NCBI GenBank assembly: GCA_965214095.1
Contig: OZ243938.1
Location: 4,096,001 to 4,160,000, forward strand
Length of the DNA stretch: 64,000 nt
Reading direction: 5' to 3'
Source of the DNA: Candidatus Poribacteria bacterium
GTDB taxonomy: Bacteria > Poribacteria > WGA-4E > WGA-3G
This document shows, in pieces, positions 20,521-34,539 of this stretch. The position numbers and the translations under genes are program-made. The notes under the pieces are model-generated. The model had not been told where the DNA came from. It did not search any database and saw only the letters and a list, made by a program, of their open reading frames with translations. How positions within the stretch are numbered: the stretch's first letter is position 1; each line of letters starts with the position of its first letter.

Positions 20521-21306
20521 ATGCGAATTTTACTATATCTGTCAATTCCACTCCTACTTTTTGTAGGAATAACAACAACACATGCTGTGAAAGACGACGG
20601 TTTAATCCTCTACTTCAGTTTTGATAATGCAAATGGGAAGACTATCAGCGATGAAACTGGTGGTGGTAATGATGCTACTATAATTAATAATGCTGAGATA
20701 ACTACCGAAGAGGCTAAACATGGAAGAGGCTCGTTAGAATGTGCAGAAGCCAGTTCCAGTGTAACAGTTGCTTCTTTCAAAGAATTGGAAGAATATCAGG
20801 ATAATTCATACTTATTTTGGTTGCGTTTTGTTGCAGGAAACACTGGTGGTTGGGACCAGATTATAGCAAAACATGCACCAGGGTCTAACCGTTCTCCTGG
20901 AATATGGACATGTACAAACACCTTGAATATCCACTGGCGGTTTGATGCTGGAAACCAAGGAACCCACTGCTCTGGTCCAGATGGAGAAGGAGACCAATTT
21001 GATATTGGTAATTGGTACCATCTTGCTGGTGTCAAGAAAGGTGGCACATTGACCTATTATGTAGATGGCAAATTAGTCGAAAATCAAAACGTTCCCGCAC
21101 AGCACGCGCAAGGTGGAGGTTTAATCTATATCGGCAAATCTCCCGACTATAATTCAGCAAAATTCCAACTGGATGATCTCTATATATACAACAGAGCACT
21201 CACTGCCGATGAAGTTTCCAGTGTAATGGATGGTGACTTACTGTCTGTTGAAGCACAAGATAAACTTACTATTAGATGGGGGCAGTTAAAAACACAACGC
21301 GATTAA
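20521..21306 (+). CDS. Secreted LamG domain protein (paralog of 18990-19772)
   Basis: GGAGG RBS, signal peptide, DDGLILYFSFD, APGSNRSPG, C-terminal VEAQDKLTIRWGQLK. Confidence 0.88.
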   Translation: MRILLYLSIPLLLFVGITTTHAVKDDGLILYFSFDNANGKTISDETGGGNDATIINNAEITTEEAKHGRGSLECAEASSSVTVASFKELEEYQDNSYLFWLRFVAGNTGGWDQIIAKHAPGSNRSPGIWTCTNTLNIHWRFDAGNQGTHCSGPDGEGDQFDIGNWYHLAGVKKGGTLTYYVDGKLVENQNVPAQHAQGGGLIYIGKSPDYNSAKFQLDDLYIYNRALTADEVSSVMDGDLLSVEAQDKLTIRWGQLKTQRD

Positions 21307-21325
21307 TGTCAATTCCAAACAACAT

Positions 21326-21350
21326 AGGGATGGTTGAATATACCATCCCT
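21326..21350 (+). terminator. Hairpin after LamG gene
   Basis: AGGGATGGT...ACCATCCCT then TATTCATTTT. Confidence 0.55.
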
Positions 21351-21393
21351 TATTCATTTTCTTATCACAGTAAATCCATTTCAGAGGAACACA

Positions 21394-22182
21394 ATGAAAA
21401 AAGGTATATGCATAGGATCACTTCCCGGAGATTCAACCGAAGCACGGTTTAAAATCGCGAAAAAAACAGGTTTTGATGGCGTTGAAATAGGAACTTTGCA
21501 TTCAGATGAAGAACGCGTTAACATCAAACAATTAGCTGACAAGATTGGAATTGAATTGTGTAGTGTGATGAACGGAAAACATTGGTCACATCCACTATCA
21601 CATGAAGATCCATCAGTGAGAGAAGAATGCCATCAAGCAATGCTGAATTCTCTCGCTACTGCTGATGTGATTGAAGCAGATACTGTCCTACTTGTCGCAG
21701 CTGTCGTCAATAATCAGATAACTTATGAAGATGCTTATACACGGTCACAAGCAGAAATACAGAGATTGATACCAACTGCAAAGGAAAAAGGACTTAGTAT
21801 TGCGATAGAAAATGTTTGGAATAAATTCCTGTTGAGTCCCATTGAATTCGCACGTTATATTGATGAATTTGAGAGTGACGCTGTGACAGCATATTTTGAT
21901 GTTGGCAACATTGTAGCTTACGGTTTTCCTCAACATTGGATACGTTCACTCGGTTCACGCATCTCCAAAGTCCATGTCAAAGGCTTCAATGCCAATGAAC
22001 ATAGATTTACATATCTGATTGAAGACTGTACGATTGATTGGAACGCCGTGATGACTTCTCTAAATGATGTCGGTTATGACGATTACATGACTGCTGAACT
22101 GCCGGTTGGTGCGGATGACCCAGAAGGCACCGTACATCAGATTAGCGAAGATATGAGCAAAATAATTGCAGGAGAAGTCTAA
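21394..22182 (+). CDS. Sugar phosphate isomerase/epimerase (xylose isomerase-like TIM barrel)
   Basis: GFDGVE, IENVWNKFL, YFDVGN, VHVK, TAE. Confidence 0.85.
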   Translation: MKKGICIGSLPGDSTEARFKIAKKTGFDGVEIGTLHSDEERVNIKQLADKIGIELCSVMNGKHWSHPLSHEDPSVREECHQAMLNSLATADVIEADTVLLVAAVVNNQITYEDAYTRSQAEIQRLIPTAKEKGLSIAIENVWNKFLLSPIEFARYIDEFESDAVTAYFDVGNIVAYGFPQHWIRSLGSRISKVHVKGFNANEHRFTYLIEDCTIDWNAVMTSLNDVGYDDYMTAELPVGADDPEGTVHQISEDMSKIIAGEV

Positions 22183-22196
22183 TATTCTGAATCTAT

Positions 22197-22973
22197 ATGG
22201 AAGTTATTATTCAACCCAACCACCATCAAATTGCATCTATTGCAGCCAACATTATTCGTGATGCTATCCTTAAAAAACCAAACCTTGTCCTAGGTTTAGC
22301 AACAGGAAGTACACCAATAGAGTTGTACAAATCACTCGTCTGCATGCATAGAGAAGATGGTCTCGATTTTTCTGGTGTGACCACCTTCAATTTGGATGAG
22401 TATGTTGGTATTCCACTTGAGCATCCGCAAAGTTACCACACATTCATGGCACATCACTTTTTTGATCATGTCAATATACCAAAGGCAAATCAACATATCC
22501 CGCAGAACACTTCAGATAATCATGAAAAGTTCTGTGCAGCTTATGAGAAAAAAATAGTATGTGCAGGTGGTATTGACATCCAAATGTTAGGCATTGGGAC
22601 AGATGGACATATAGGATTTAATGAGGTAAGTTCATCACTTGCATCACGCACACGTATAGTTACACTATCACAAAGCACACTTGAAGCAAATGCCATACAT
22701 TTCAATTGCGATGTGAATGCTGTTCCACAAATGGCAATAACAATGGGAATAGAAACTATTATGGAAGCAAAGATGTGCCTATTATTAGCTTGCGGAAAAT
22801 CAAAATCACAAGCAATAGCCAAAGCAATAGAAGGTCCTATTACTTCAATGGTACCAGCATCCGTTTTACAGATGCATCCAAACACAGTCGCAATAATTGA
22901 TGAAGCAGCAGCAGCAATGTTAGATGAGGTAGAATACTATAACAGGTCTTATGCAAATATGCTATCACTGTAA
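22197..22973 (+). CDS. nagB: Glucosamine-6-phosphate deaminase
   Basis: LGLATGSTP, FNLDEY, LGIGTDGHIGFNE, PASVLQMH. Confidence 0.93.
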   Translation: MEVIIQPNHHQIASIAANIIRDAILKKPNLVLGLATGSTPIELYKSLVCMHREDGLDFSGVTTFNLDEYVGIPLEHPQSYHTFMAHHFFDHVNIPKANQHIPQNTSDNHEKFCAAYEKKIVCAGGIDIQMLGIGTDGHIGFNEVSSSLASRTRIVTLSQSTLEANAIHFNCDVNAVPQMAITMGIETIMEAKMCLLLACGKSKSQAIAKAIEGPITSMVPASVLQMHPNTVAIIDEAAAAMLDEVEYYNRSYANMLSL

Positions 22974-23014
22974 TCACAGTAGAACTTTCTGTTCATAGCA
23001 AAACGTGATTAGGT

Positions 23015-24454
23015 TTAGACATCAGTTTCTTCGTCGCATAAACCGTATTCTTTAGTTTTTCGTTGTATTGTCCGCCGACTAATTTCAAGAATCTTTGCTG
23101 CTTTCGCTTTATTATTGTCAGTATATTCAAGCGTAGCGCGTAGAACTTCACGATTGATATCTTCAAGCGACATACCGACAGACACATTTAGAGAGTGACC
23201 GCCGTTGCCAAAAGAATCAGCATTATGCAAAGTTGGTGCAGAAGGCAGCACAGAATGCATTTCTTCCGCTTCCTTTAGGATACGCTCAGGCAAGTCATTT
23301 AATTCTAATGTCTGTTCGGTTGACATGACAACAAGTCCTTCAATACAGTTCTTTAATTCGCGCACATTCCCAGGCCAACTGTATTTCATGAGTGTACGAA
23401 CTGCCTCCGGTGTGAAATTCTTCAATGTTTTACCATTCTCTCTGCAAAATTCTTCTAAGAAATCGTTCACAAGCAGTGGTATATCTTCCATCCGCTCATT
23501 TAGTTTCGGCAGGTTGATAGATACTACATTAAGGCGATCATACAGATCGGGAAGGAATTTACCGTTGTTACAAGCAGCTTCTAAATCGTGATTAGTAGCA
23601 CAGATAATCCGAACATCAACCTGAATAGTCTTATCTCCACCTACGCGCTCAAATTCACGTTCTTCCAACACCCGAAGGAGACGTGCTTGGTTTGATAGAC
23701 TGAGTTGAGATACTTCATCAAGAAAAAGTGTCCCACCATTAGCAAGTTCAAATCTTCCCTTACGTTGAAGGTACGCGCCACTGAATGCCCCGCGTTCATG
23801 ACCAAATAATTCCGACTCTGCTAAATTCTCATTGAGTGTGGCACAATTAAATGCTATTAAATCTCCTTTTCGTAGACTCCTATGATGAATAGCTCGTGCT
23901 ACCAGTTCTTTTCCAGTACCTCGTGCACCATAGATCATCACTGTCGCCCGCGTCGGAGCAACCTGAGTAATCATCTCACGAATCTGCATAAGTTGTGGTG
24001 ATTTACCGGTGAGTCTACAGAGACCTTCTTTTTCATCAATTTGTGATCTGAGTTTGCGATTTTCAAAGGTCAGACGTTGATTGCGGAGTGTCTTTTTTAA
24101 AAGTGCCTTCAAATGCACAGGATTCAGCGGCTTGTAAAGAAAAAATGTGCCTTCATGTGCCAACATCGCCTTAATACCAATATCAGTTTCTAATACATTT
24201 GGCACAGTGATAAAGATAACTCCAATATCAGGATGATGTTTCGCAGCAGCATCCAAGAGCGTTAGACCATCAATCCGTTCAGCTTTTAAAGGCGCAATTA
24301 AGATGTTTATCGTTTCGTGTTCAAGTATATGAAATGCCTGATACATATTACTTGTTACAGTTAATTCCAGACCTTCACCATCAAGCGTTTGGCAAATTAC
24401 CTCACGTTGACGCTGATCTGAATCTACAATCAGGACGTTATTGTCAATATTCAT
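23015..24454 (-). CDS. sigma54-dependent Fis-family enhancer-binding protein with atypical receiver domain
   Basis: REC-like N-terminus, GTGKELVA, ESELFGHERGAFSGA, FLDEV, WPGNVREL, C-terminal HTH; start may be TTG 24469. Confidence 0.9.
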   Translation of the reverse strand: MNIDNNVLIVDSDQRQREVICQTLDGEGLELTVTSNMYQAFHILEHETINILIAPLKAERIDGLTLLDAAAKHHPDIGVIFITVPNVLETDIGIKAMLAHEGTFFLYKPLNPVHLKALLKKTLRNQRLTFENRKLRSQIDEKEGLCRLTGKSPQLMQIREMITQVAPTRATVMIYGARGTGKELVARAIHHRSLRKGDLIAFNCATLNENLAESELFGHERGAFSGAYLQRKGRFELANGGTLFLDEVSQLSLSNQARLLRVLEEREFERVGGDKTIQVDVRIICATNHDLEAACNNGKFLPDLYDRLNVVSINLPKLNERMEDIPLLVNDFLEEFCRENGKTLKNFTPEAVRTLMKYSWPGNVRELKNCIEGLVVMSTEQTLELNDLPERILKEAEEMHSVLPSAPTLHNADSFGNGGHSLNVSVGMSLEDINREVLRATLEYTDNNKAKAAKILEISRRTIQRKTKEYGLCDEETDV

Positions 24455-24674
24455 TGTTCTCTGTTCCAAATATCCAACATTAAAATATCAAGTGAAGGAT
24501 ACAAATTAAATCATAATATAACGAAGCATTATGGAACTGATATTGGATATTGTCTGCATCAATTTACAGAAATATCTTCCACACCTTGGTGTTATATAGA
24601 TTATACCTGATATTTGTATGAAGCGTCAATATAAATGTTCAATTACAAAAAGGTTTAAACAATATAGGTTTTTG

Positions 24675-24703
24675 TTGACATTGAATCTCAATATGTGTAT
24701 ACT
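24675..24703 (+). promoter_or_regulatory. sigma70-type promoter
   Basis: TTGACA-N17-TATACT. Confidence 0.6.
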
Positions 24704-24816
24704 AATTGATACAAAATCTCAATTAATCTAGTACATTTCTAATCAAGGACATATCTTGCATTTAATCATTTAACTAGAGAATATTTATCATTTACACAAG
24801 GGTCAAAAGGGGGAGT

Positions 24817-25443
24817 ATGTATATGATTGATGATTCAAATAGAATCTATTTTATTGGCGGATTAACTTCATTTCTCGGGGGTCTCTTGATGTTATTTACA
24901 AGTATATTGTTTCTTATACAAGGAGACGAACGTCAAGATGTGATACATGGAATAAGTGTTGTAATACCAATTCTAGTTGTTCCAACAGTAATCGCTATAA
25001 CTGTACTTTTAATTAAAGATGTGAAAACGGGTGCCTTATTAGGTGTCGGTTTTGCAGCACTTTGGGTTGTGATAGAACTAATCGCACACGGTTCACAAAC
25101 AGCACCTTTGAATACTATCAAAGAACTCATACAAAATTCAGCAACTGAGGAAGTCAAAGATAACTTCATAGCAGTATGGGACGAATGGGGAAATGCACTC
25201 ATAAAAATTAGTGCCTTCCTATTTTCTTTAGCAGCTCTTTCCTACGGTCTTTCTCTCCGTACTTGGGGTAATCCCACATCAGCATATTTACTGATAATTG
25301 CCGCATTATCTTTTGCTATTACATTTATCCCTGGAGTTCATTTTTACTGGCATGTCTTGGTACGAGGTATCGCATTCCTGTTTCTGGGTGGTGTCTTGAT
25401 GCTGGCAACTCGACAGAGAGTTCATGAAGAATGGGAATCCTAA
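24817..25443 (+). CDS. Hypothetical integral membrane protein (about 6 TM)
   Basis: GGGAG RBS; hydrophobic segments throughout. Confidence 0.75.
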   Translation: MYMIDDSNRIYFIGGLTSFLGGLLMLFTSILFLIQGDERQDVIHGISVVIPILVVPTVIAITVLLIKDVKTGALLGVGFAALWVVIELIAHGSQTAPLNTIKELIQNSATEEVKDNFIAVWDEWGNALIKISAFLFSLAALSYGLSLRTWGNPTSAYLLIIAALSFAITFIPGVHFYWHVLVRGIAFLFLGGVLMLATRQRVHEEWES

Positions 25444-25523
25444 TTGCCTTCTGAAGTTTACAAATAAGTGTATGGTGGACTACATTGTAATTGTATATGT
25501 AATACACTACCGTGGGGGTCCAC

Positions 25524-26333
25524 CTAATCTCTTCCATCTTCAGAGCTATCATCATCATTCAACAGACGTTCCAATTCAGCCAAAAGATCTGTGTCTTCTT
25601 GATCATCGTCTGATGATTCATCTGTGTTGGTATCGTTGTCGTCTTCTCCGCCTGTCTCTAAATCTGAGCGAAATTCTAACAGATTGCTAAGGTAACGTTC
25701 ACGGGTAATATTTTCGGCTTCACCTTGTTCCTCGCGCAGACATTCTCCACAGAATTCACCAATCTTCTGAATACCTACGTCAATATGTTGTAGGGCAGTT
25801 TCTGGATCATCATCTTGCAGACTCAATTCCGCTTTGGCAATGCTGTTCATCATAAGCATATAACCTTTATATTGATAACTCCCCCATGCAATTTCTGATG
25901 GCGCAAATTCACGTGCCATATTTGTTACAGACAAATTCGTATCTGTATCACGACGAACATCCGACCAACGTTTAATCCCTGCAAACAGCAAATACCGGGT
26001 ATATCTCAGAAAAGACTCCTCAAATAAAGTCTCCCATTCATCTTCTGTCAGTTCAAAACCATCTCTACTCCCATTCTCTTCAGCATATTCTGCTAATTTA
26101 CCAGAGAAATAATCGTAGTACGAATCTAGACCGTGCGGCCTCACACCATCTGGACGACCTGTAGCATATAGACGGGACACTGTAAACGCGTTGGGTTGCA
26201 CGACAACCACTTCTCTGCCATCCTCAATTGTCAATATCCGTATTGGATGATCCTCATCTAAGTTAATTACTTGGAGTATCCTATCAAGAGCCTGAACCCA
26301 ACGGGTGTTTCTTTGAATTGTTGTGTTTGACAT
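25524..26333 (-). CDS. Conserved hypothetical protein with acidic tail
   Basis: TGRPDGVRPHG motif; 22 bp downstream of carB, probably co-transcribed. Confidence 0.7.
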   Translation of the reverse strand: MSNTTIQRNTRWVQALDRILQVINLDEDHPIRILTIEDGREVVVVQPNAFTVSRLYATGRPDGVRPHGLDSYYDYFSGKLAEYAEENGSRDGFELTEDEWETLFEESFLRYTRYLLFAGIKRWSDVRRDTDTNLSVTNMAREFAPSEIAWGSYQYKGYMLMMNSIAKAELSLQDDDPETALQHIDVGIQKIGEFCGECLREEQGEAENITRERYLSNLLEFRSDLETGGEDDNDTNTDESSDDDQEDTDLLAELERLLNDDDSSEDGRD

Positions 26334-26355
26334 GGTATTTACTGTTACTCAACCT

Positions 26356-29300
26356 TTACTTATGATAATCTTGAAGTGGGCTGACAGAAATTTCACCCCG
26401 TTGTAATGCGTCAATAGCGTTAACAGCAGCCGCAGCACCAGGAATCGTCGAGAAAATAGGAATGTCATGTTCAATTGCCATCTGGCGGATAAGTAGTTCG
26501 TTTGTCCGGTGTAAATCCCCAGTAGGGGTATTGATTATCAAGTCAACTGCATGATTCTTGATATAATCATGGATTGTCGGTCTGCCTTTACCAATACTAT
26601 AAACAAGTTGGACATCCATACCATTCCGGAGTAAAACTTTTGCTGTGCCATGTGTTGCGATGAGATCAAACCCCATATCTGTTAGTTTTTTTGCTATGAA
26701 GATAACAGCGCGTTTATCCTTGTTCCGCACACTGATAAAGGCATTGCCTTTCAAAGGTAAGGTATATCCACACGCTTTCTGTGCCTTCGCAAATGCCCGA
26801 GATACATCCGTATCAATACCCATCACCTCACCTGTAGATTTCATTTCAGGACCCAAACGTGAGTTTGCCCCAGGAAATCTGTTAAAGGGAAAAACGGGTG
26901 CCTTCACACTAAAATAATCAGGTACTATCTCACTTGTGAAACCAAGTTCCTTCAATGTTTTGCCTGCCATCACACGTGCTGCCAACTTTGCCAATGGAAC
27001 ACCAATCGCCTTGCTCACAAATGGAACGGTACGCGATGCCCGCGGGTTAACTTCCAAAACATAAATCTCATCATTCTTGATCGCATATTGAACATTCATC
27101 AACCCACAGACATTCAAAGCCTTCGCAAGTGAATAGGTATATTCCTTCAGTTGGTCAATCTGATCATCTACCAGAGTGTAGGGTGGAAGCACACAATCAC
27201 TATCTCCTGAATGAACACCTGCCTCTTCAATATGCTCCATGATACCACCGATAACGGTAAACTGTCCATCTGAAATAGCATCTACATCCACCTCTATCGC
27301 TTCTTCCAGGTATTTATCTATTAAAACCGGATGCTCAGGGGATGCTTGAACTGCAGAGTCCATATATTCTTGTAAGGGCTGTTCATCATATACAATCTGC
27401 ATCGCACGGCCACCAAGCACAAATGACGGACGGACAATCACCGGATATCCGAGTGATGATGCAATGGGGATCGCTTCTTCACTTGAGGTAACGGTCGCAT
27501 TTGGAGGTTGCATCAGACCAATCTCGTCCAACACCTCTTTGAATAATTGACGGTTTTCAGAACGTGCAATGTCTTCAGGACTTGTACCAATTATTGGGAC
27601 ACCTGCTTCTTTCAGTACCATTGCAAGATTAAGCGGCGTTTGTCCACCAAATTGAACTATAACCCCAATCGGCTTCTCCTTATCAAAAATGTTCAGTACA
27701 TCTTCACATGTCAAAGGTTCAAAATAGAGACGGTCAGAAGTATCATAATCTGTACTCACTGTCTCAGGATTGCTGTTCACCATGATTGTTTCGTAACCAT
27801 CGGTCTTGAGTGCCATCGCTGCGTGAACACAACAATAGTCAAATTCAATTCCTTGACCGATACGGTTCGGTCCGCCTCCTAAAATCATGATTTTCTCTTT
27901 ATCAGTAGGACGCACCTCATCTTCAGATGAACATGTGGAATAGTAGTATGGAGTTTCCGCCTCAAACTCTGCAGCACAAGTATCCACAGTCTTATATGTT
28001 GCTTCAATGCCAAGTCTTTTTCTGGTTTCACGTACTTGGTTTTCAGATACATCAAATAATTCAGCAAGTTGTCTGTCTGAAAATCCCAGTTGTTTCGCTT
28101 TGAGTAAAAGCAACTCAGATTCTGTTTCAGCAGTATCTCCATTTTCAATGAACGCTTGTAGGTCTGATACTTCTAAATTATTCTCAAAATCAACTAATTC
28201 TTGAAGATTATACAAGAAGAACGGATCAATATGTGTATAGCCATAAATCTCATCAATACTCATACCACGTTTCAGTGCCGATTTTATGTAAAATAAACGT
28301 TCTACATTTGGGATAGTTAACTTGCTGGAGATTTCTGAGAGTGGAATCTGTTCAAGAGGATGATTGTCAAAACCTGACCATCCAGTTTCTAAAGAACGCA
28401 ATCCTTTCTGAAGTGCCTCTTTAAAAGTACCACCGATGGACATTGCCTCACCAACGGATTTCATCATGGTTGTGAGCGTTTCATCTGTACCCTGAAACTT
28501 TTCAAATGCCCATCTCGGTATCTTGACAACAACATAGTCAATTGTTGGTTCAAAGCATGCAGGGGTCTCTGCGGTAATGTCATTCGGGATCTCATCAAGA
28601 TTATAACCAACTGCCAACTTCGCTGCAATTTTGGCAATAGGAAATCCTGTTGCTTTTGAGGCAAGTGCCGAACTACGGGAAACACGGGGATTCATTTCTA
28701 TAACAACTTGTTTACCTGTCTTCGGATCAACAGCAAACTGGATATTCGATCCACCCGTATCAACTCCGATTTCTCTGATGATTTTAATCGCAGAATCACG
28801 CATTAGTTGATATTCTTTATCAGTTAACGTTTGTATCGGAGCAACCGTGACGCTATCACCAGTATGAACACCCATCGGATCCACATTCTCAATGGAACAG
28901 ATTATAACAACATTGTCACTGCCATCACGCATCACTTCTAATTCAAATTCTTTCCAACCGATAATAGATTCTTCAATAAGTAATTCGTTGATCGGACTCA
29001 AAGCAAGTCCTGCAGATACCATCTTTTGATATTCTTCAATATTATATGCAATGCCGCCGCCTGTACCACCGAGTGTAAATGCAGGACGGATTATAGCAGG
29101 AAAACCAATTTCGTCAATAAGAGCAATTGCCTCCTGCAATGTATGCGCTATACCACTCTTCGGAACATCCAAGCCAATTTTTACCATCGCTTCTTTGAAC
29201 AACGCACGGTCTTCGGCTTTCTGAATCGCTGGCAGTTTCGCACCAATTAACTCAACATCATATTTATCCAACACACCCGATTCTGCTAATTCAACAGATA

Positions 29301-29592
29301 CGTTTAATGCTGTCTGTCCACCTAATGTCGGTAACAATGCGTGCGGTCGCTCTTTTTCTATTACAAGTTCTACTGTATCCGCTGTTATCGGTTCAATGTA
29401 AGTGCGATCTGCGAAATCAGGATCTGTCATGATGGTAGCAGGATTACTATTCACCAGAACAATCTCATAACCCTCCTCTTTTAAGGCTTTGCACGCTTGC
29501 GTGCCAGAATAATCAAATTCGCACGCTTGACCTATGATGATCGCACCAGATCCTATAATTAATATTTTATTTATATCTGTTCGTTTTGGCAT
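26356..29592 (-). CDS. carB: Carbamoyl-phosphate synthase large subunit
   Basis: [18 protein letters not shown], duplicated ATP-grasp, [11 protein letters not shown]-terminal MGS domain. Confidence 0.98.
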   Translation of the reverse strand: MPKRTDINKILIIGSGAIIIGQACEFDYSGTQACKALKEEGYEIVLVNSNPATIMTDPDFADRTYIEPITADTVELVIEKERPHALLPTLGGQTALNVSVELAESGVLDKYDVELIGAKLPAIQKAEDRALFKEAMVKIGLDVPKSGIAHTLQEAIALIDEIGFPAIIRPAFTLGGTGGGIAYNIEEYQKMVSAGLALSPINELLIEESIIGWKEFELEVMRDGSDNVVIICSIENVDPMGVHTGDSVTVAPIQTLTDKEYQLMRDSAIKIIREIGVDTGGSNIQFAVDPKTGKQVVIEMNPRVSRSSALASKATGFPIAKIAAKLAVGYNLDEIPNDITAETPACFEPTIDYVVVKIPRWAFEKFQGTDETLTTMMKSVGEAMSIGGTFKEALQKGLRSLETGWSGFDNHPLEQIPLSEISSKLTIPNVERLFYIKSALKRGMSIDEIYGYTHIDPFFLYNLQELVDFENNLEVSDLQAFIENGDTAETESELLLLKAKQLGFSDRQLAELFDVSENQVRETRKRLGIEATYKTVDTCAAEFEAETPYYYSTCSSEDEVRPTDKEKIMILGGGPNRIGQGIEFDYCCVHAAMALKTDGYETIMVNSNPETVSTDYDTSDRLYFEPLTCEDVLNIFDKEKPIGVIVQFGGQTPLNLAMVLKEAGVPIIGTSPEDIARSENRQLFKEVLDEIGLMQPPNATVTSSEEAIPIASSLGYPVIVRPSFVLGGRAMQIVYDEQPLQEYMDSAVQASPEHPVLIDKYLEEAIEVDVDAISDGQFTVIGGIMEHIEEAGVHSGDSDCVLPPYTLVDDQIDQLKEYTYSLAKALNVCGLMNVQYAIKNDEIYVLEVNPRASRTVPFVSKAIGVPLAKLAARVMAGKTLKELGFTSEIVPDYFSVKAPVFPFNRFPGANSRLGPEMKSTGEVMGIDTDVSRAFAKAQKACGYTLPLKGNAFISVRNKDKRAVIFIAKKLTDMGFDLIATHGTAKVLLRNGMDVQLVYSIGKGRPTIHDYIKNHAVDLIINTPTGDLHRTNELLIRQMAIEHDIPIFSTIPGAAAAVNAIDALQRGEISVSPLQDYHK

Positions 29593-29674
29593 TTTTTTAT
29601 AACTATCAGTTGTCAGTTATCAGTGTTTTGTAATCAAAGAAGAGGCAAGAATACCGCATAATGATCACCAAAGT

Positions 29675-30799
29675 TTAATCCATCATCTCTGTAAATCTTG
29701 AAAAGAGATAACTGGCATCATGTGGTCCAGGAGATGCTTCAGGATGATACTGGACAGAAAACACAGGATACTCTCGATGTTGCATCCCCTCAAGTGTGTC
29801 GTCATTCAAATTTATATGTGTAATATCAACTGTGTTCGGCAAGGAATCAATATCAACGCAGAAACCATGATTTTGTGAAGTTATCTCAACCTGATCGGTT
29901 TCAAAGTGTTTTACAGGTTGATTTGCACCACGATGACCGAACTTCAGTTTATATGTTTTCCCACCAAGCGCAAGCCCTAACAGTTGATGTCCCAAGCAGA
30001 TACCAAAAATCGGTTTTTTGCCCATTAATTCTTGGATAGTTTTTATACCATAATCAAGCGGCATAGGGTCACCTGGACCGTTGGATAGAAATACACCATC
30101 AGGTTCCGCAGCAAGTATGTCATCTGCAGGTGTTGTTGCCGGAACAACTTGGACTTCACATCCATGCTCAGTGAGTTGACGCAAAATGTTGTACTTTATA
30201 CCAAAGTCCATAGCAATCACGCGGTATTTACCCTTTTCTGTAGGAGGACCCGCCTCTATCTGAAAGTCGGAATTAATACGATCATTCCAGGCATACGGAT
30301 TCGGACAGGTTACACGCTGCACCAGATCCCAACCGACTAAGCCGTGCCAAGATTTTGCTTTTTCAATAAGTTCTTCTGCTTTCAGAATACCATCTCCATC
30401 TTCGGTAGCAAGACAACCGTTCATCACGCCATGAACGCGAAGGCGACGCGTTAAAGCACGGGTATCAATATTCTGAATACCTATAATTCCATTTTCAGCT
30501 AAATAGTCATCCAAACTCCATTGTGAACGCCAGTTACTATGATAAGCACTATATTCACGCACGACGAAGCCTTCTACCTGCGGACCGATAGATTCAATAT
30601 CAACTTCATTGCAACCGTAATTACCTATTAACGGATACGTCATAGTTACAATCTGTCCCTTATAGGACGGATCTGTCAGGACTTCTTGATAACCTGTCAT
30701 GCTTGTATTAAAGACCACTTCACCGACGGTTTCGCCAGTCGCACCAAACTGCTCACCTTCAAAAACAGTTCCATCTGATAACGCAAGAATTGCTTTCAT
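29675..30799 (-). CDS. carA: Carbamoyl-phosphate synthase small subunit
   Basis: [35 protein letters not shown]. Confidence 0.98.
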   Translation of the reverse strand: MKAILALSDGTVFEGEQFGATGETVGEVVFNTSMTGYQEVLTDPSYKGQIVTMTYPLIGNYGCNEVDIESIGPQVEGFVVREYSAYHSNWRSQWSLDDYLAENGIIGIQNIDTRALTRRLRVHGVMNGCLATEDGDGILKAEELIEKAKSWHGLVGWDLVQRVTCPNPYAWNDRINSDFQIEAGPPTEKGKYRVIAMDFGIKYNILRQLTEHGCEVQVVPATTPADDILAAEPDGVFLSNGPGDPMPLDYGIKTIQELMGKKPIFGICLGHQLLGLALGGKTYKLKFGHRGANQPVKHFETDQVEITSQNHGFCVDIDSLPNTVDITHINLNDDTLEGMQHREYPVFSVQYHPEASPGPHDASYLFSRFTEMMD

Positions 30800-30824
30800 C
30801 TTTACCTCAGTGTATAAGAGATAT

Positions 30825-32129
30825 TCAATTCCGAATACCCGCTCGAATTGTCATTACTGGCCAACCTTTAAGCTCCCAACCATCAAATGGGGTGTTTCTA
30901 CTCTTTGAACACGATTTGTCTACTTCATACTTTGCTGTTTTTCCTGAATCAATAAGTGTGACATCTGCAATCGCACCGATGGAGAGTGTCCCACGATCAA
31001 TCCCTACTATCTCAGCGGGAATACATGTCAACTTAGCAACGGCTTCTTTCAATGTTAGATGTCCAGCTTCAACCAAATAGGTCAGTGTAAGTGGTACACA
31101 CGTCTCAAGACCAATTATGCCATTAGGCGCATCAACCATCCCAAGTGCTTTTTCTGACGGTGTATGCGGTGCGTGATCTGTTGCAATCGCATCTATAGTA
31201 CCATCACATAATCCTTCAATTACTGCGTCAATATCCCTCTGCGTCCTCAATGGAGGATGCATTTTGGCGTTTGTTCCCTGTTTTTCTACCTCTGTATCCG
31301 TGAGAATCCAATGATGCGGACACACTTCAGATGTCACGTTGACACCTCTTTCTTTTCCCCACCGTACTAAATCAACCGCTCCTGCTGTGCTAACATGTAA
31401 AATATGCACATGCCCCCCTGTCAATTCTGCCAGCATGATGTCACGTGCAACAATAATATCCTCCGCAGCGTTCGGACTTCCAATTAGATCCAACCTCTGC
31501 GATGTTTCACCCAGATTCATCACTGCACCCGCATTAATGTTATGTTCTTCACAGTGTACCATAACAGGAAAATCAAGTTCCGCACTCAAACGTAATGCTT
31601 CACACATTAACGCAGAGTTCATAACTGTAACACCGTCATCACTGACACCCACTGCTCCTGCCGAAAGCATTCCGCGTATATCTGTCAGCTCTTCTCCTGC
31701 AAGGCTTTGTGTAATACTTCCTACAGGAAAAACATTTGCTGATGTCCTACTGTTATCATCAGAATCCCGACCCGCAATCGCATAAATGTGTCTAATCTTT
31801 TCTGGTGAATCGTTCACTGGTGATGTATTTGCCATACATACAACAGAAGTAAATCCTCCTGCTGATGCTGCTGATGTCCCTGACGCTATCGTCTCCTTAT
31901 GTTCATATCCAGGTTCACGAAGATGAACGTGCATATCAATTAACCCAGGCGTAACGATCAAATCAGTCGCATCAATCACATCACCAACATCTTGCTCAAG
32001 AATTCCACCTACCTGAGCAATCTTACCATCAATTATCAGCACATCACCAACTTCATCAATATTATTCGCAGGATCAATGATATGACCATTACGTATCAGC
32101 ACATTGTCAATCTTTTCCGTGTTATTCAT
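30825..32129 (-). CDS. pyrC: Dihydroorotase
   Basis: [33 protein letters not shown]; ATG at 32129. Confidence 0.95.
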   Translation of the reverse strand: MNNTEKIDNVLIRNGHIIDPANNIDEVGDVLIIDGKIAQVGGILEQDVGDVIDATDLIVTPGLIDMHVHLREPGYEHKETIASGTSAASAGGFTSVVCMANTSPVNDSPEKIRHIYAIAGRDSDDNSRTSANVFPVGSITQSLAGEELTDIRGMLSAGAVGVSDDGVTVMNSALMCEALRLSAELDFPVMVHCEEHNINAGAVMNLGETSQRLDLIGSPNAAEDIIVARDIMLAELTGGHVHILHVSTAGAVDLVRWGKERGVNVTSEVCPHHWILTDTEVEKQGTNAKMHPPLRTQRDIDAVIEGLCDGTIDAIATDHAPHTPSEKALGMVDAPNGIIGLETCVPLTLTYLVEAGHLTLKEAVAKLTCIPAEIVGIDRGTLSIGAIADVTLIDSGKTAKYEVDKSCSKSRNTPFDGWELKGWPVMTIRAGIRN

Positions 32130-34044
<1,915 letters not shown>

Positions 34045-34199
34045 TTATTATATTTATAACAACAAATAAATTTTATATCCAAAGTCATACTTGATGTATT
34101 GACAAAAAACTGTTGTTCCAACATGTTTGTCTTTACAGAAAAACATATTTTGTTAGTACAAACACTATGTATGCATTCTCCAAAAATATAAACTAACAT

Positions 34200-34233
34200 C
34201 CTTTTTCCACCTCGCTGGATGGGATTAAAAAGG
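34200..34233 (-). promoter_or_regulatory. PyrR-binding RNA hairpin (anti-antiterminator)
   Basis: CCTTTTTAATCCCATCCAGCGAGGTGGAAAAAGG contains the UCCNGNGAGGY consensus in a CCUUUUU/AAAAAGG stem. Confidence 0.8.
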
Positions 34234-34268
34234 TTTTCTGAACTTCAATAGCCATTTTTCAATTTAGA

Positions 34269-34297
34269 ATTATATCATATTACTGTAAATATTGCAA
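34269..34297 (-). promoter_or_regulatory. sigma70-type promoter of pyr operon
   Basis: TTGCAA-N17-TATAAT about 35 nt upstream of the PyrR loop. Confidence 0.65.
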
Positions 34298-34307
34298 ACC
34301 TATTATG

Positions 34308-34539
34308 CAGGGTTATTTAGTTTTAGGGTTTTTGTTCAGTATAATTCACTAACGTTAATTTTGTTATGGATTTGTATTTCTTTTTGTCTGAACCAAGATT
34401 TTCAGGATTATTAGATTTTCAGGATTATGAGTTTGGCTATGCAAAGTTCCTATTCCCAGGTTGACGTTTATTTTCTGGATGGCACTTTGATGCTTCAGTC
34501 TCTTATCCTGGTGAATGCCATATGCGCATTCATACCGTT
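34308..34539. repeat. Intergenic repeat copy 2 (CAGGGTTATTTAGTTTT end + TTGTCTGAACC element)
   Basis: 34308-34428 matches reverse complement of 37570-37687; 34384-34539 collinear with 20098-20251. Confidence 0.8.

Noticed and set aside
29604-29625. Short 7-bp tandem (TCAGTTG/TCAGTTA) between carA and carB
   Set aside because: Only about three units; too short to support a functional claim
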